A DNA stretch of 64,000 bases from Azolla caroliniana (lineage: Eukaryota > Plantae > Polypodiophyta), in assembly GCA_043228905.1 (NCBI GenBank), contig JBHGNT010000004.1:13020001-13084000 (forward strand), in the 5' to 3' direction. Position 1 is the stretch's first letter. Each line of letters begins with the position of its first letter. Below, in pieces: positions 48,801 through 61,300 of this stretch. A program made the position numbers and the translations under genes. The notes under the pieces are model-generated. The model saw nothing but the letters and a program-made list of their open reading frames with translations. It did not search any database and was not told the DNA's origin.

Positions 48801-51454
48801 AAACTAGGGTCCGACGCGACCCCTTCGATTCGCAACTCGCTGCCCTCCGGTAATGGTGCCGCGACTGGCCTTACCTTCCGGTCCACAGTTTTGTACTTCG
48901 TGTTAACCCGGGCCGTCCGATCCGACTCGAGCCCTCGACTGAAGTCCGCGATGACTTCATACATCTCTTCTGAACAAACCGGTATCGTCCGGTCCTCTTT
49001 AAGGCCCTCTACGACCACCTCTCGCAGTATTCCGAAGGTATCGTCGAAGGAGACCGCCTCCACGGCTCCGTTGATTTCCTCGCTGGGCCCGAGAACTCCG
49101 ACCGCTCGAAGTCGCTCTTCCGCCCTTGTCTTTTCTCGGCCTACGACGCCGACTATCGTACACCCTCCGTTGTCGGAGAAACAAAACTTCCTACTTATGG
49201 TACAAGGACTCTTTGGTTTCGCTTCTATCGTACATTTGTGGGGCTTTCCCGAAGTGTCCGGACTTTCGTGGCCCCACGCCTTGGCAGCCCTCTCTAAAAA
49301 TCCTCTCGGTTCTTGCCACCGAGGGACTCGCGGTTTCGCTCGTGGTTGGGTCGTACCGTCAAGAACTGGACCGAATGACCCCCGTCCTGACTCTTGACCC
49401 TCGCGTAAGCCGACCCGTTGTCCAGTACCTTGGTCTCCATTCGCGCCGCCGTAATGTACGGTTCCCCTAGAATAACCGGGTGCAAGGACGTTTCCTGCAC
49501 AAAGAAGTGCTGGTCTATTTCAACGTCACCGATCTTGACTCGCACGTTTGGGCAGGCCCCATGTAGTTCCTCGGTGGCGCGCGTCGCCGCCTGTATTTTC
49601 CACCCGTGCTTAGTGTTGATCGGCCATTTCCCCTTTTTGTAGAAGTCCATGGACATCAAGTTTATTTCGGAACCGTGGTCCACCAGTGCCACCACCGATT
49701 CCTGAACATCTCCGATTTTCACCGGGGTTTCCGTGGTCGCTCGGGCCCAGTGTGGCCTCAAATAGTGGCTCTCCGCCCACTCGTCTTCCAGCGCCATGTC
49801 CTCTATGTGCGTCGTCCGCACTTCCACCGGCCTTTCCGGTTCCGCCTCCGTCGACAGCCTCTTCCTCTTCACCAAGTCCACGATGGAGTCGTGGAACTCC
49901 TTCTTGGCTATCCCGAGCACCTCTCGCAACGACAGTTCCACCTTGTTGTCGAGGATTCGTTCTTCCAGGACCTTTCGTAGGTTTGTGGTCCTTTCGATCT
50001 CCGTGCCCAACCGGTATCCGCCCTTCTTGTGGTTATCCCGGGCGCTGGACTCACTGGCCTCATTCCGTTTCGGCCCGAATCGGGTTTCGTATCTCTGTGA
50101 GGGTCTGGCCCCTCCGTTTTTACCCACCCGTTTGTCTTCAACCAGAGCCTCATAGTTCTGGCAAGCTGCTTCGACGAAACCCGTCTTTTCTTCGACCGGG
50201 TCACTCCACTTGGTTACCTCCTGGACCCGCTTCTCTGCGCAGTCCGCCTCGTCTCTCTTCGGTCGGGCACCAGCGAGGCCTTCCAGCACCGTCGGCCAGA
50301 ACTCGGCATTGCCCTCCTTCCGGGCCCCGCTGCCCCGCTGCCCCCGACCCGAATACTGGTTGACGCTGAGTAGTGGACGGTCTCCGCGTGCCGGGCTGCC
50401 GCCTCTTCCATCAGCCTTTTCATTCCTCCTCTCCCGTCGTTTCGGCTCAGGGCCCTCGGGGTATCGTTGGCGTGCACCCGACCTTCCCACAGGTACACTA
50501 CCCGACTTCTCAAAGCCTGCATAAAGTCCCCGTAGTCTTTCCGGATGTGGCCGACCTCGTCGCACCACATGCACCTACTTCCTGCCGGAGGCCGTCGGTC
50601 ACGAGCCTGATCGCCGCCTTCCCTCCGAGCTTGGGCGATCTGGAGATCCTTTACCGCTCGTGTCAACTCCTCCAGAGCTGTCCCCCCGGACGAGCCTCTG
50701 ATCACGCCGGTCGAAGACGAACCGGTTTCGAGCCACTCCCGGGTCTCTTCCCTTCGTACCTGCGGTATCGGTTCGAGCTTTCTTGCTGCGACAGGTCCCG
50801 CCCCGGTCGCCTCTGTATCAGCCCACTCCCACCGTTTGTCAAAACGGCCGCAGACTCTCTTTACCACCGCCTAGTCGGTCGTCAGCCCGTCTTCGGTTTC
50901 CAGTAAGGAGCCAACTTGCCCCCGATCCTGTGTGTCAACCGACTTGACAAACAGTAGGACACGACTTGTGTCCAGAACAGTCCGATCGAGCGCGAAAGGC
51001 GCGCAAAGCGTTCCTCAAACTCCCAGAGGAGTACCGACACATTTCTTCCTTTGTTGGGGGACTCCACCCATTCCATGAAGCTCCGCTTCGAAAGTCGAAG
51101 CGCGTCATCCAACCCGTATTTCTCCAGGAGCCGTCCTTCGAACTCTTCCCAGGTCCGGCTCTCCGCCCGGACCTCGAGCACCTCCACATGGATGCCCGGC
51201 ATCGCCACTCGAGGGAATCCGGCAAGACGCCTCTCTTCCGGAATATCCCTCATCAACATCTCCGCCCGGTAGGACGCCAAATAACTCGTGGCATCCTTTC
51301 CACTGAACCGGCCGATCATACCGACGATCGCCTCAATAGCCCTGTCAAGGACGCCGGTGCCCTCGCGCGCGCTCACTATCCGGTCCACGGCCGAAGCCAT
51401 GGCCTCTGCAAGATCCGACCCCCTCATCTTCTGCTCCTCTGCCGCCTGTTTCAC
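45813..51454 (-). pseudogene. Gypsy I gag-pol, frameshifted
   Basis: Zinc knuckle CMWCDEVGH; protease LVDHGSEINLMS; RT WFTVLKKNGTLRFIQDLQ...FLDD; RH DTSPTGIG...DMLSR; INT HDSPWAGH...CESC, YNPEANGKVE, KFAKRWFGPY. Confidence 0.93.
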
Positions 51455-51467
51455 GTTGGGTTCACCA
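51451..51467 (-). promoter_or_regulatory. PBS of I, tRNA-Trp type
   Basis: TGGTGAACCCAACGTGA 4 nt after the 5' LTR. Confidence 0.8.
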
Positions 51468-54400
51468 AAGATGTCGCGTTACTACGTGCGTGCGTGGGAA
51501 AACGAGGCGGGACCACCGGGGTCTTGAACTGAAGAGCAGGTGATAGAAGGGGAAAGAGAAGGAGAGAGACGCCCGGTCACGTATGAGCAAAGAAACACAG
51601 GGGCGTGGCCCGTCAACACAGAGGACGCGAATGGACACAGAGACAGGGAGACACAAGTGTTTGTAAATTAACGAATAACGAGTACACATCAGAACACGCG
51701 AACAGGCCGGCGAACAGATGCTGATGCCTGTTCGTCTGCGCACGAAATGGGGATAGGATGGAGGTGCTATCGGAAGCACACGGGCGTTCCTTGAAGCAGC
51801 GCGAGCCTCCCGAAACCTGCAGAGAAGAGCAACAGAGAACAGACAGAGAGGAGAAGCGTTCGGTTCTGGTCTGACAGCACTTTGTCCTCCTGAATGCTCG
51901 CCTGTTTCACCCTGCGTCTCCCTCTCCTTTATAGCGTTAAGAAGGGAGCCGTCTCCCTCCTTTACTTCCTACCTACCGAATCTAACTACCCCCGGATATG
52001 CCTTCGTACTTAATTCTCTATTATATACATTAAGGGTGCGCACACGTGAAGAGCCGGTTCACGCACGCTATGCACCGATTGCGCCAAGGGACGGTTTTCT
52101 TCACGACAACGTGTCAAACATCCTTCAGCAGCACTTTGCATCCGGTTGGTGTTGCCAGTCACACATCTCCTATGCCGACAATTCGGCATGTACCTTCATT
52201 CCCCATCCGGACACAACCGTGATCACCGGCTGTGTAGGATGACAAGCATTTCCGGTCCGAGGTAAGGTGGAACGATGCTCCGGAATCAACAACCCATGTT
52301 GTCTCGTGGCCAGCAAGGTTCAACTCACTCTCCTCAGTGATGAGCATCAACTCTTCTTCAGTTGCCGCGATTGCCGTCGTTCCCTTCCGGACTTTGTCGT
52401 TCCGTTCCGGTGACCGCTTCGAATCAGTATTGTCGGTTTCCTCGTCTTTCTGGAAATGCCTACAGTTCTTCTAGAAATGCCCGGGCTTCCCACAGTAGAA
52501 GCAAGTGGGCCTTCCCCTTGACTTTGACCGTGTCCCCAATTTTTCCCAGTTTTGGGGACTCCGATTCCTTTGTCTTCCGCGCTCTAATTCGGTAAGGAGC
52601 GCTTTGGAGTCGGACCTCGTATCCTTATCTTTCCGACGCGCCTCTTCATCTAGCAAGCTCGACTTCACTCTTGCTAGGGATAATTGTTTTCCTTCCGGCC
52701 CCGCATTGCCCAAAGTGAAAACCAACGTCTCCCAGCTATTCGGGAGGGAACCGAGCAGGAGCAATGCTAGTACCTCATCGGCGAGAGGTACTTCCAACGA
52801 TGTTGCCTGGTGAATCAGCCCCTGGAAGGCATTCATGTGCTCCACCATGCTGGAGCCATCTTGGTACCGGAGTCTTACTAGCTTCTGGAATACCGAAACC
52901 CGATTAACAACATTTTTGTTTTGAAACATAATGTCGATCTTCTCCCAGAGCTCTTGAGCCTTGCTCTCTTCATTGAAGTTGTTGTACAGCCTCATGTCGA
53001 TGAAGCACCAGATGTATGCCGTTGTCTTCATGTGCATCACCTCCCACATCCTAGCATCGATCTTGTCCAGTCTCTTGTCCCTGAATTGAACCGGCAACCA
53101 AAGATCTTTAACCATGAGCATGTCCCTCATCTTCGACTTCCACACTGAGTAGTTGGAGTTGGTGAGCTTGAACATGCTTCCCAACGAATCTTCCATTTTT
53201 TGTGTCATTTCGCTCTGATACCAGATTGACAAGAATATGCGGAATAATCTTCGGCCACAACCAAGACTTAGATCACTTAATGATAATCAAACATAGTAAA
53301 AAGGGAGAAATGGAAGTAAGTACACAAACAGAAGAGAAAGCACATGATGTTAACATGGAAAACCCTAAACGGGAAAAAAACCACGGGAGCCCACAAACTC
53401 CAAACTATCACTATCTGAGGAGAATACAATGAAGAACACAGAGGCAATGACCTTGTCCTCACACTCTTCGCCTGACGGCGGTTACAATAGAGACTTACTC
53501 TGTTTCTCTATCTCTCTCGCTCTCTGTTATGCTCTGTACAACAGTTACACTCAATAACACTATGCAACAAAATAATGACAACACAACATACATCTGTTTG
53601 CCCTAGGTCATATTTATATTCATATGACTTTCAGGCTATTTACAAATATAGCCACCATGGTCTCTCTGGAACATATTTACATATATGTCCCTTCATCCAG
53701 TGAGAGGCTCTCATTGGGTCTTCCTTACCGAGTACTTCATCATCCGGTTCTCACCGGGCCTTCATAATCCCATCCGGAGGGACCGAAATCCTAACACGGT
53801 TGTCATGTCCTCCTATACATGGATGATCTGGTCATTGGAGGTGAGCATCTAGTCGACATCAACAAGCTCAAGTTCCTCCTCTCCAGCAAATTCGAGATGA
53901 CGGACATGAAAGAGCTCCATTACATACATCCTTGGCACTGAGGTGATCTGAACTCCAACTAGAGTAATGATCTCTCAACGGCACTACATCCTCAACCTCT
54001 TATACAAGTTCAGGATGACTGAGTGCAAGTTTGTGACAACCCGTCTCGATCAAAACCTCAAACTGGATGCCAATCTGGCACCACAGAATGTGAGCCGACA
54101 CACTATCGACAACTTGTTGGTAGTCTCATCTACCTCACGATCACTCAACCCGACCTAAGCTATCCGGCCGGCCTCCTTAGCCAATTCATGCAAACTCCAC
54201 GAGATATCCATTTGGATTGTGCTAAGCGAGGGCGACAATATTTGAGCAGAACGATAGACTATGGTATTCTCTATAAGTCAGCCACGCTAATTCAACTCAA
54301 AGGGTACACAGATGTCAAGTGGGCCGGCTACAAAGGATCGACGATCAACCTCTGGTTTCTTCTTCTCCCTCAGAAGTGGAGCCATCTCTTGGAGTAGCAA

Positions 54401-55311
54401 GAATCAACCAACCGTCGCTCTTTCGAGCAGAGAGGCCAAATACAGGGGCGCGACGGTGGCTGCAGGTGAAGCCATATGGCTCAAGAGGATATTGAAGGAT
54501 CTTGGCGTTCCCATCAAAGATCTAATTCCCCTTTACTGCGACAACATGAGCAATATTCATTTGGCTTGGAACTGAGTGTTCGACGCACGTACAAAACATA
54601 TCAAAGTGCACTACCACTTCATTCGAGAGCGCGTTCAGGCTGGAGATGTCGACCTTCAACACATCAACACGAATCTTCACCAAAGCCATAGGAACCGACA
54701 AGCTTCGGCAATTCATGTCAGACCTTGGATTGATGATCCCTGACTTGCAAGCTTGAGGGGGAGTACATCCGAACCGGGTATAAGCCAAAACAGACACCAA
54801 ACAGAGAGAACCGAATACTGTTCGAATCGGGTACCAGCCGAAGTGGACAAGCCGACCAAAGTTGAGCGTGTTGAGAATCAAGCTCAACCTAGCCTAGTGT
54901 ATGAACACACCCTTGAGAGTGTATGAACACTCAAAGGTCAAAAGTCACACCACTACTCTTTACACATTAACTATTTGTTATAGAATCATATTCTATGACA
55001 CATAACTAATGAGTTTCCACATTCCCCATGACTCATGAGCTTCGGTAGTTAACGAAGAGAGAGAGTGACTATATAAAGCACTTCTCTCCTACTTTGTAAC
55101 AAGTCGGTTAATCTCCTTTGTAATATAAAATCTTCTTGAGTATTTTTCTATCAATCTTTTGTTTCTCTCCTCGCTCTCTCACACTCCGCTGCACAAGAAT
55201 CACCATCGATTCTTTACATGTATTCTAGATGCGTAGATTTTCGAGATATTTCTTGAGTATATTCTACAGATATTCAATCTCGGAAATTGTACAAATACTT
55301 GTAACATCCTT

Positions 55312-58300
55312 GGTATGCCAATCCGGATCCGGACCGATTCCGAACAGGTGTTAGTGACCTATATAAAGGCCCGGTTACAATGTAAAACTTTAACGGAGAA
55401 TTAATATAAGCTTCTTGTTTTATCTTCACGTATTGATTACCGTTCTGTCTTAATTGTTATATCTTACGCGTGTATTAAGTGAAGGCCTTATTGCTAAGTA
55501 GCCAATTAAGTCGGATTAATCGTTGTGTCTTAAGTTATCTCGTCGTAACACCCCTTTGGTGAAGTGTCTTCTGGAGACACCCTGTGTCAGGCCAGTGTCC
55601 GGCCCTAAGGATTAACACGGTTTTTGGCGACCACGATTCCTGCACAATCGTAGCGAACAGCGGAGGGAATGGATGACGCGACCAACGAACGACCCGGTTA
55701 CGGAGCGAGCAAGGCAACTTGCTGAACGGCTGAGGAAGCGAAAGGCTTTCCAGCAAGCGGCAGAAGAAATCAGAGCAGATCGCTCATTTTCGAAAGTGAT
55801 CCAGAGAGTGGCCAAGGAATCACTTCGGCTACCACAAAACGCCTACCCGGACAAAGGAAGCAACCTAAGCAGCCTCCGGGAAACAGAATCCCTTCTCTAG
55901 GCATTGGCAGCGGGGGAAGGCGAATCTGAAGCATTTTTGGCATTTGAATCGGGTTCGGATGGGGAATACAGCACGCAGACGAACTACCGCAACAGTAACG
56001 ACACCCTGGGCGGACCAGAGGACGAGGAGTCAGATGCTTTGCCGACACCAGAACTAGAATCGACAAGGCTGGAACCTCTGGTACCGGAAGTCGACCACAC
56101 TCCGGAACCAGAAGTCAAGGACGAGAGACCTCCGACACCGGAAGTCGAGGAGGAGAAGCCTCCGACACCGCAAGAGGATCAGGAAAGACCTCCGACGGCG
56201 ATAGAAGACCGGGAAAACCCATCGACACCACCAGCCCATGTATCGACACCAGACGATGATATGCCGTTACCCCAGATACCGGGATGATGCGGATGCGGAA
56301 GCCCACACCCATGCGTTTCAGTAGACCTGGGAGGTGAACCATGTGTCCCAACGCTTAAATGCAGCCGAAGAGGAATGCTCAAAATGGGCAGAGTTCGGCA
56401 TGACCTTGGAGGGACCGGCCGCTAGATGGCACCGAGCATAGGATCCCAACATCATCCCCACGTTTGAAACATTAAAGACAAAGTTCTTGCATTTCTTCCA
56501 CAAGGAGATGGACTAGCGAGAAATGGTCGGCTTATTTTACAGTATCCGGCAGGAACCAATGGAGAACATCCAACAGTTTGTCATCCGGTTCTAGCGGATC
56601 CACAGTCAGCTCAGTCGGACACCACTGGAGGAAGAAACAAAGGCCATATTCTTATCAGCACTCCGGGAACCCTTACGAACGGTGTGCAGCATAGATCAAG
56701 TGATTGACCGAGTTCGGGAAATGGAAAACTCGAGTTCATGGCTAACCATGGGCGCACTTCAGCGTACACTACCGACAGAAGAGGACCTCCGTTTCCGGCA
56801 AGCAGTTCAATGTACGATATGCCTGAATGCCGGACATTCGGCGCTGGAATGCACCATGCGTTCCCAATGCTTGCTCTGCCACTCCAGAAGTCACACAATG
56901 GAACAGTGTGAGTATAACTTGTTAAATCGACAAGCACCACCGGTCCGGCAAATTGAATCACAGAGCAACGGGGAGGAAGAAGAAGAACGCTGGTGGCGAG
57001 AGGAGCGCTACTGGCTGACACAAGATGTCCGGTATAGCGATCGAAGAGACGCGTATGACCGGTATGATAGACAGGATAGATACCGTGACTATAATGGACG
57101 GTATGAAAGATATAACCGGGATCACTCCCCTGGTTACAACCACCGACGGGACGACTATGGCAAGGATGACGACCAACCCCGGCAAGGATACCGCAATAAA
57201 AAGAATTTCAATAAGAAACGTCATTTCAAGAAAAAGGAGGGTCATCCACGAGAACCGGAAAAGGGCGCTCCGAGCAGCCAACCAGACCAAATCCAAACAC
57301 TTACCCCTGGTTCTCCACCAAGCACACACGCCGAATCCAGCAACGCCCGGAAGCCGTACTGCTATTATTGCCGGCAAGACGGCCACTATAGTAATCAATG
57401 TCCGGCGAAGAGCTACGACAAGCGACCAGCGGTGAACATGGTAGACGCGGAAGTCGTGGACATACAACAAGTCACTACAAGATCAAAAGGCAAAGCCACG
57501 GAGTGGGAAACTCAAGAAGCCATCCGGAAGTAGGCAACCGAATGGGTGAAGAAGGCAAATGGGCGGAATGCAGCAGAGCTCGAACAACAGAAGGAGAATG
57601 CCGAAGAGCTCACCGGCCCGGGGCAACCCGAAAACCCAACCTGGCAGGCATTACAAGAATGCCAAATAACGTTGCCGTTAGGCCGGCTATTGCAACTGGT
57701 ACCACGCTTCACGGAAGGACTGAAGACTGGAAGGACGACAACTGACACACCACCGGCTCCGGCATTCTTTTCAAATCCGGAGGAAGGACCGGCAGTGGTG
57801 GACACAAGCAGTCCAACAATCACAGCCATCGTGAAGGGAAAGGAGCTACCCGGCACGATTATCGATGGAGGATCCGGCGTGAACGTGATCAGCCTCCAAA
57901 CATGTAACACTCTAGGAATCCAGGACTGGGAAACGTTTTGGCTTCGGATGGCGGACACTACCTCAGTACGGCCGACCGGATTAATACGCGATTTGGAAGT
58001 GACCATCGGGGGTCACACATTTCGCATTTCCGAAGTAGTTCTCCAGCTACTGGCTCAGGGAGCTTACCCACTATTGTTGGGATGGCCTTGGTTAAAAACA
58101 ACACACATAAAGCAAAACTAGAGGAAGAATATAATTACGTTCCGGCGTGGAAAAGTGAAAGTACGAGTACCGACTCAACCACGACCCGGTACTGGCAAGG
58201 AGTCAACGCCACTATATGCGGAATGTGTCAACATGCTAGAAGGATTGGCGGATGAAGAGGTCGATCAATACTTATAGGAAAATTCGAAGATCGTACCTCT

Positions 58301-61300
58301 GTTCGAGATTGATGTAGCCGAAGCAGTATCACCGTACGTACTGCAACCAGACGAGACCGACGAGGAACCGGATAAAGAAGCAATCCGGGAATTACGGCAA
58401 GCACAAGAGGCATTGGAAAAAGAAATGGCAGTATCACAGAGCGTGAAAGCATCCCAACTAGAAGAGGTAAACCTATGTACCACAGAGGACACAAGACCGG
58501 TGCACATTGCCAAGGAAATGACTTCGGAGAACAAAACGGCAATGATCACACTCCTAAAAGAATTTCGTGATGTGTTCGCCTGGTCCTATGAGGACATGCC
58601 GGAACTCGATCCTCAGTTATATCAACACCAGATACATCTGAGTAAAGACGCCAAACCGGTAGCGCAATGGCGTTACCGGATGAACCAGAATTACGCAGCA
58701 AAAGTCAAAGAAGAAATCGACAAGTTGCTGAGAGTGGGCTTCATCCGACTGGTAAAGAAAGCCACATGGCTCAGCCCGATAGTGGTAGTACCCAAAAAGA
58801 ACGATAAGATCAGAGTGTGCGTCGACTACCGGAAATTGAATGCGGCTACAATAACGGACACCTTCCCACTTCCATTCACAGATGGAGTCCTGGATGTGGT
58901 CGCCGGTCATAAGGTGTACAGTTTTCTGGATGGTTTCAATGGCTGTAATCAGATCCGGATGCACCCTGCCGACCAGGAGAAAACCGCTTTTGTCACCGAA
59001 TGGTGAGTCTTCCTTGCCGTAGTAATGATGTTCGGACTAAAACGGCACCGACAACCTTCCAACGAATCATCATGGAAATTTTCGGGGAATTCATTCCGGC
59101 ATTCATGCAGGTGTTTTTGGATGACTTCGCTGTTTATAGCCAGGAAGGGGATCACCTTCAGCACCTCCGACTATGCTTAGAAAAATGTAGGGTTTACCGA
59201 CTAAGCCTGAACCCGGCAAAATGCGCGTTCGGAGTAACTAGCGGAGCGTTACTGGGCCACATAGGAAGCAAGGACGGTATCGCAATGGATCCGGACAAAG
59301 TAAAAGCAATCATGGAGGCATTGGCACCAGCCACAGCAAAGGTATTAAGCCGGTTCTTAGGACAAATTCGGTGGCATAGCAGAATGCTCCGGTATCTGGC
59401 AAGCAAGGCCTACCGGACACAAGGCGGCGAAGATCCTCTCTTTTGAGAGATTTCTCGTGTGCTCCATGAATTTGGACATGTATACCCTCGACCCCCGTGC
59501 ATGCCCAGAACCGGGCCGGCTTAATCATAGCCACATATGAAAGCGTGAAGGTGAACTAGGCGATACTGATTGCGGATGGCCTCTGTGCGGCCATCGACTC
59601 TGTCAAAGGCAAAGAGGGTCAGACGATATGGACGGCAGTGGCGCAATGGCTCACCCTATTGGCGCCACCTATCGAGCCCATCAAGACCACGAAGCGGGGA
59701 AGGACAACCGAAGGCACCCCGAAAACGGCCTGAAAAAGTCAACAACTGTTGGCTTCTAAGGCAACCAAAGGGAAGGCGGCCGACACGGACCAAGCGGCAA
59801 AGGAGCGCGCCAATAGGAAGCGGCAGGTGGAAACGGCTTATGAAGATCAGGCTTAGCCAACCGATTCGACAAGCGCTGGACCCCTTGGCAGCGAAAATCA
59901 ACATCGGGACTCAAGAGGAGCAAGCGGAGGAACCATTAGAGCACCTCCAGTGGCGCCAGAAGGCAAGCACCTCCGAACATGCCGGGAAGCGTTCGGACCC
60001 AAAGAAGGATGGAACGCCTGTACCCCGCCCTGAGCAGCCCGCACCAAGGATGGAACCGGAACTGGTTCGGACAAAACCAGTCACAGAGCTACCTGCACCA
60101 CAACCTATAACGGCAGGTCAAGATACGGCAATACCCGAAATGCAAGTGCCGGAAGTACAGTTGCGGACCCCACCGGCAGGCCAAGAGCATTCAGAGGCGG
60201 AGCGGCCAACGGAGCCGCAACCAGAACGGCAAAGTGGTCACCAACAAGAGCTAGAGTTGCAGCTGGACGCAATTGGACAAAACCAACCACTGGTCAGGGA
60301 CACCCACAGCCAACCCTCCGGGCAGATGCAACAACAGGGCACCGGCAGCCAATGGCTCTGGTGGATTGGAGAACAGATTGTCGGAGTGGTACACTACATA
60401 GAAGCGGAAGAGAAAGCGCAGATGGACCGGTTGCTTGTCACAACCAGAGAACTAGAGACGGCCCGATCAAGGATCCCAAGCCTAGAACAAGACTTGGACC
60501 TAGCCACAGAAGAATTGGCCAAAATGGCCTTAACCAGACCACAACTCCAAGCACCGGTGACTCCGGTAGATGTACAGAATAAAGAAGCATCGGCACCTGT
60601 ACATAATAATAAGACCCCGGAGACGGAACCAATGCCAGAGATAGTGGCGGCGCAAGCAAAAGAGCTTGCTGAATTGAGGGATGAACTGGCCGCACATAAA
60701 GCATTACGCACCGGAGAGTGGGACTTGAAGAAAGCGGCAGAAAAAGAGCAACGAAAGACTATTGAGAACCTCCGCCGGGCAGAAGAGACTCTGTGGAAAG
60801 GACATCAGGCCTACGACCGGCTGAAGGAGGAGAAAGAGAAGGCACTGCAAGAAAAGGAGAAGCTGCGACGGATGGCGGAAACAGAGATCGAAAGGCTGAA
60901 AGAGGAACTCCGTCAACAGAAGGACCGGGAAGACCGCGCTCGCCGACAACTCAACCAAAAGCTGAAGCAGAAGACCGATGATTTTGAGCACCTACACCGG
61001 GACTACAAGCACCTGGATATGAAGCATAAGAAACAACAGGAGAAGATGGCAAAGCTCCGGCAGGAGGTACATCGAGAGAGACGGCGCTGGCGGAGGAACG
61101 AGCTGAAAGAACCACGCTGCTGGAGGAAGCCGCGCAAGAACGGATGGAGCTGCATAAGTAGCATTATGAAGAGAAGGAAAGAGCGACGATGATCTTGGAA
61201 AGGCTGCAAAACACTTATCAAACTTGACTGTCACATTATCGGGAGTAGGAGGTGGATACGGTGGCACTCATCAAGCAGTTGAAGGACGAACGACAAGCCG

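Larger units (their letters stand above)
45164..52108 (-). mobile_element. Full-length Ty3/Gypsy element I
   Basis: LTRs 51472-52108 and 45164-45812; TSD ACGT 45160-45163 and 52109-52112; PBS 51451-51467; PPT complement from 45813; order gag-PR-RT-RH-INT. Confidence 0.96.
42820..53796 (-). mobile_element. Copia H (F family) inverted within the RT of G; 3' end deleted; split by I
   Basis: 5' LTR 53227-53796; PBS 53212-53223; gag ORF 52471-53232; INT 43896-44990; RT ends at YATVCTRPDIGY with no RNaseH or 3' LTR. Confidence 0.92.
39184..55218 (+). mobile_element. Copia G (related to A/C), split by H and I
   Basis: LTRs 39184-39599 and 54869-55218; PBS 39600-39610; gag-PR-INT-RT to ~42820, RT-RH resumes at 53797; degenerate TSD TACAT/TGTAT. 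Confidence 0.92.
38998..55314 (+). repeat. LTR X copy 1 (38998-39183 plus 55219-55314), split by Copia G
   Basis: Starts TGTCACATTC; the joined halves are colinear with 62443-62698. Confidence 0.75.

Noticed and set aside
59570-61192. Host myosin/SMC-like gene
   Set aside because: It lies between pol and the 3' LTR of M, is intronless and frameshifted, and the resemblance is only compositional.
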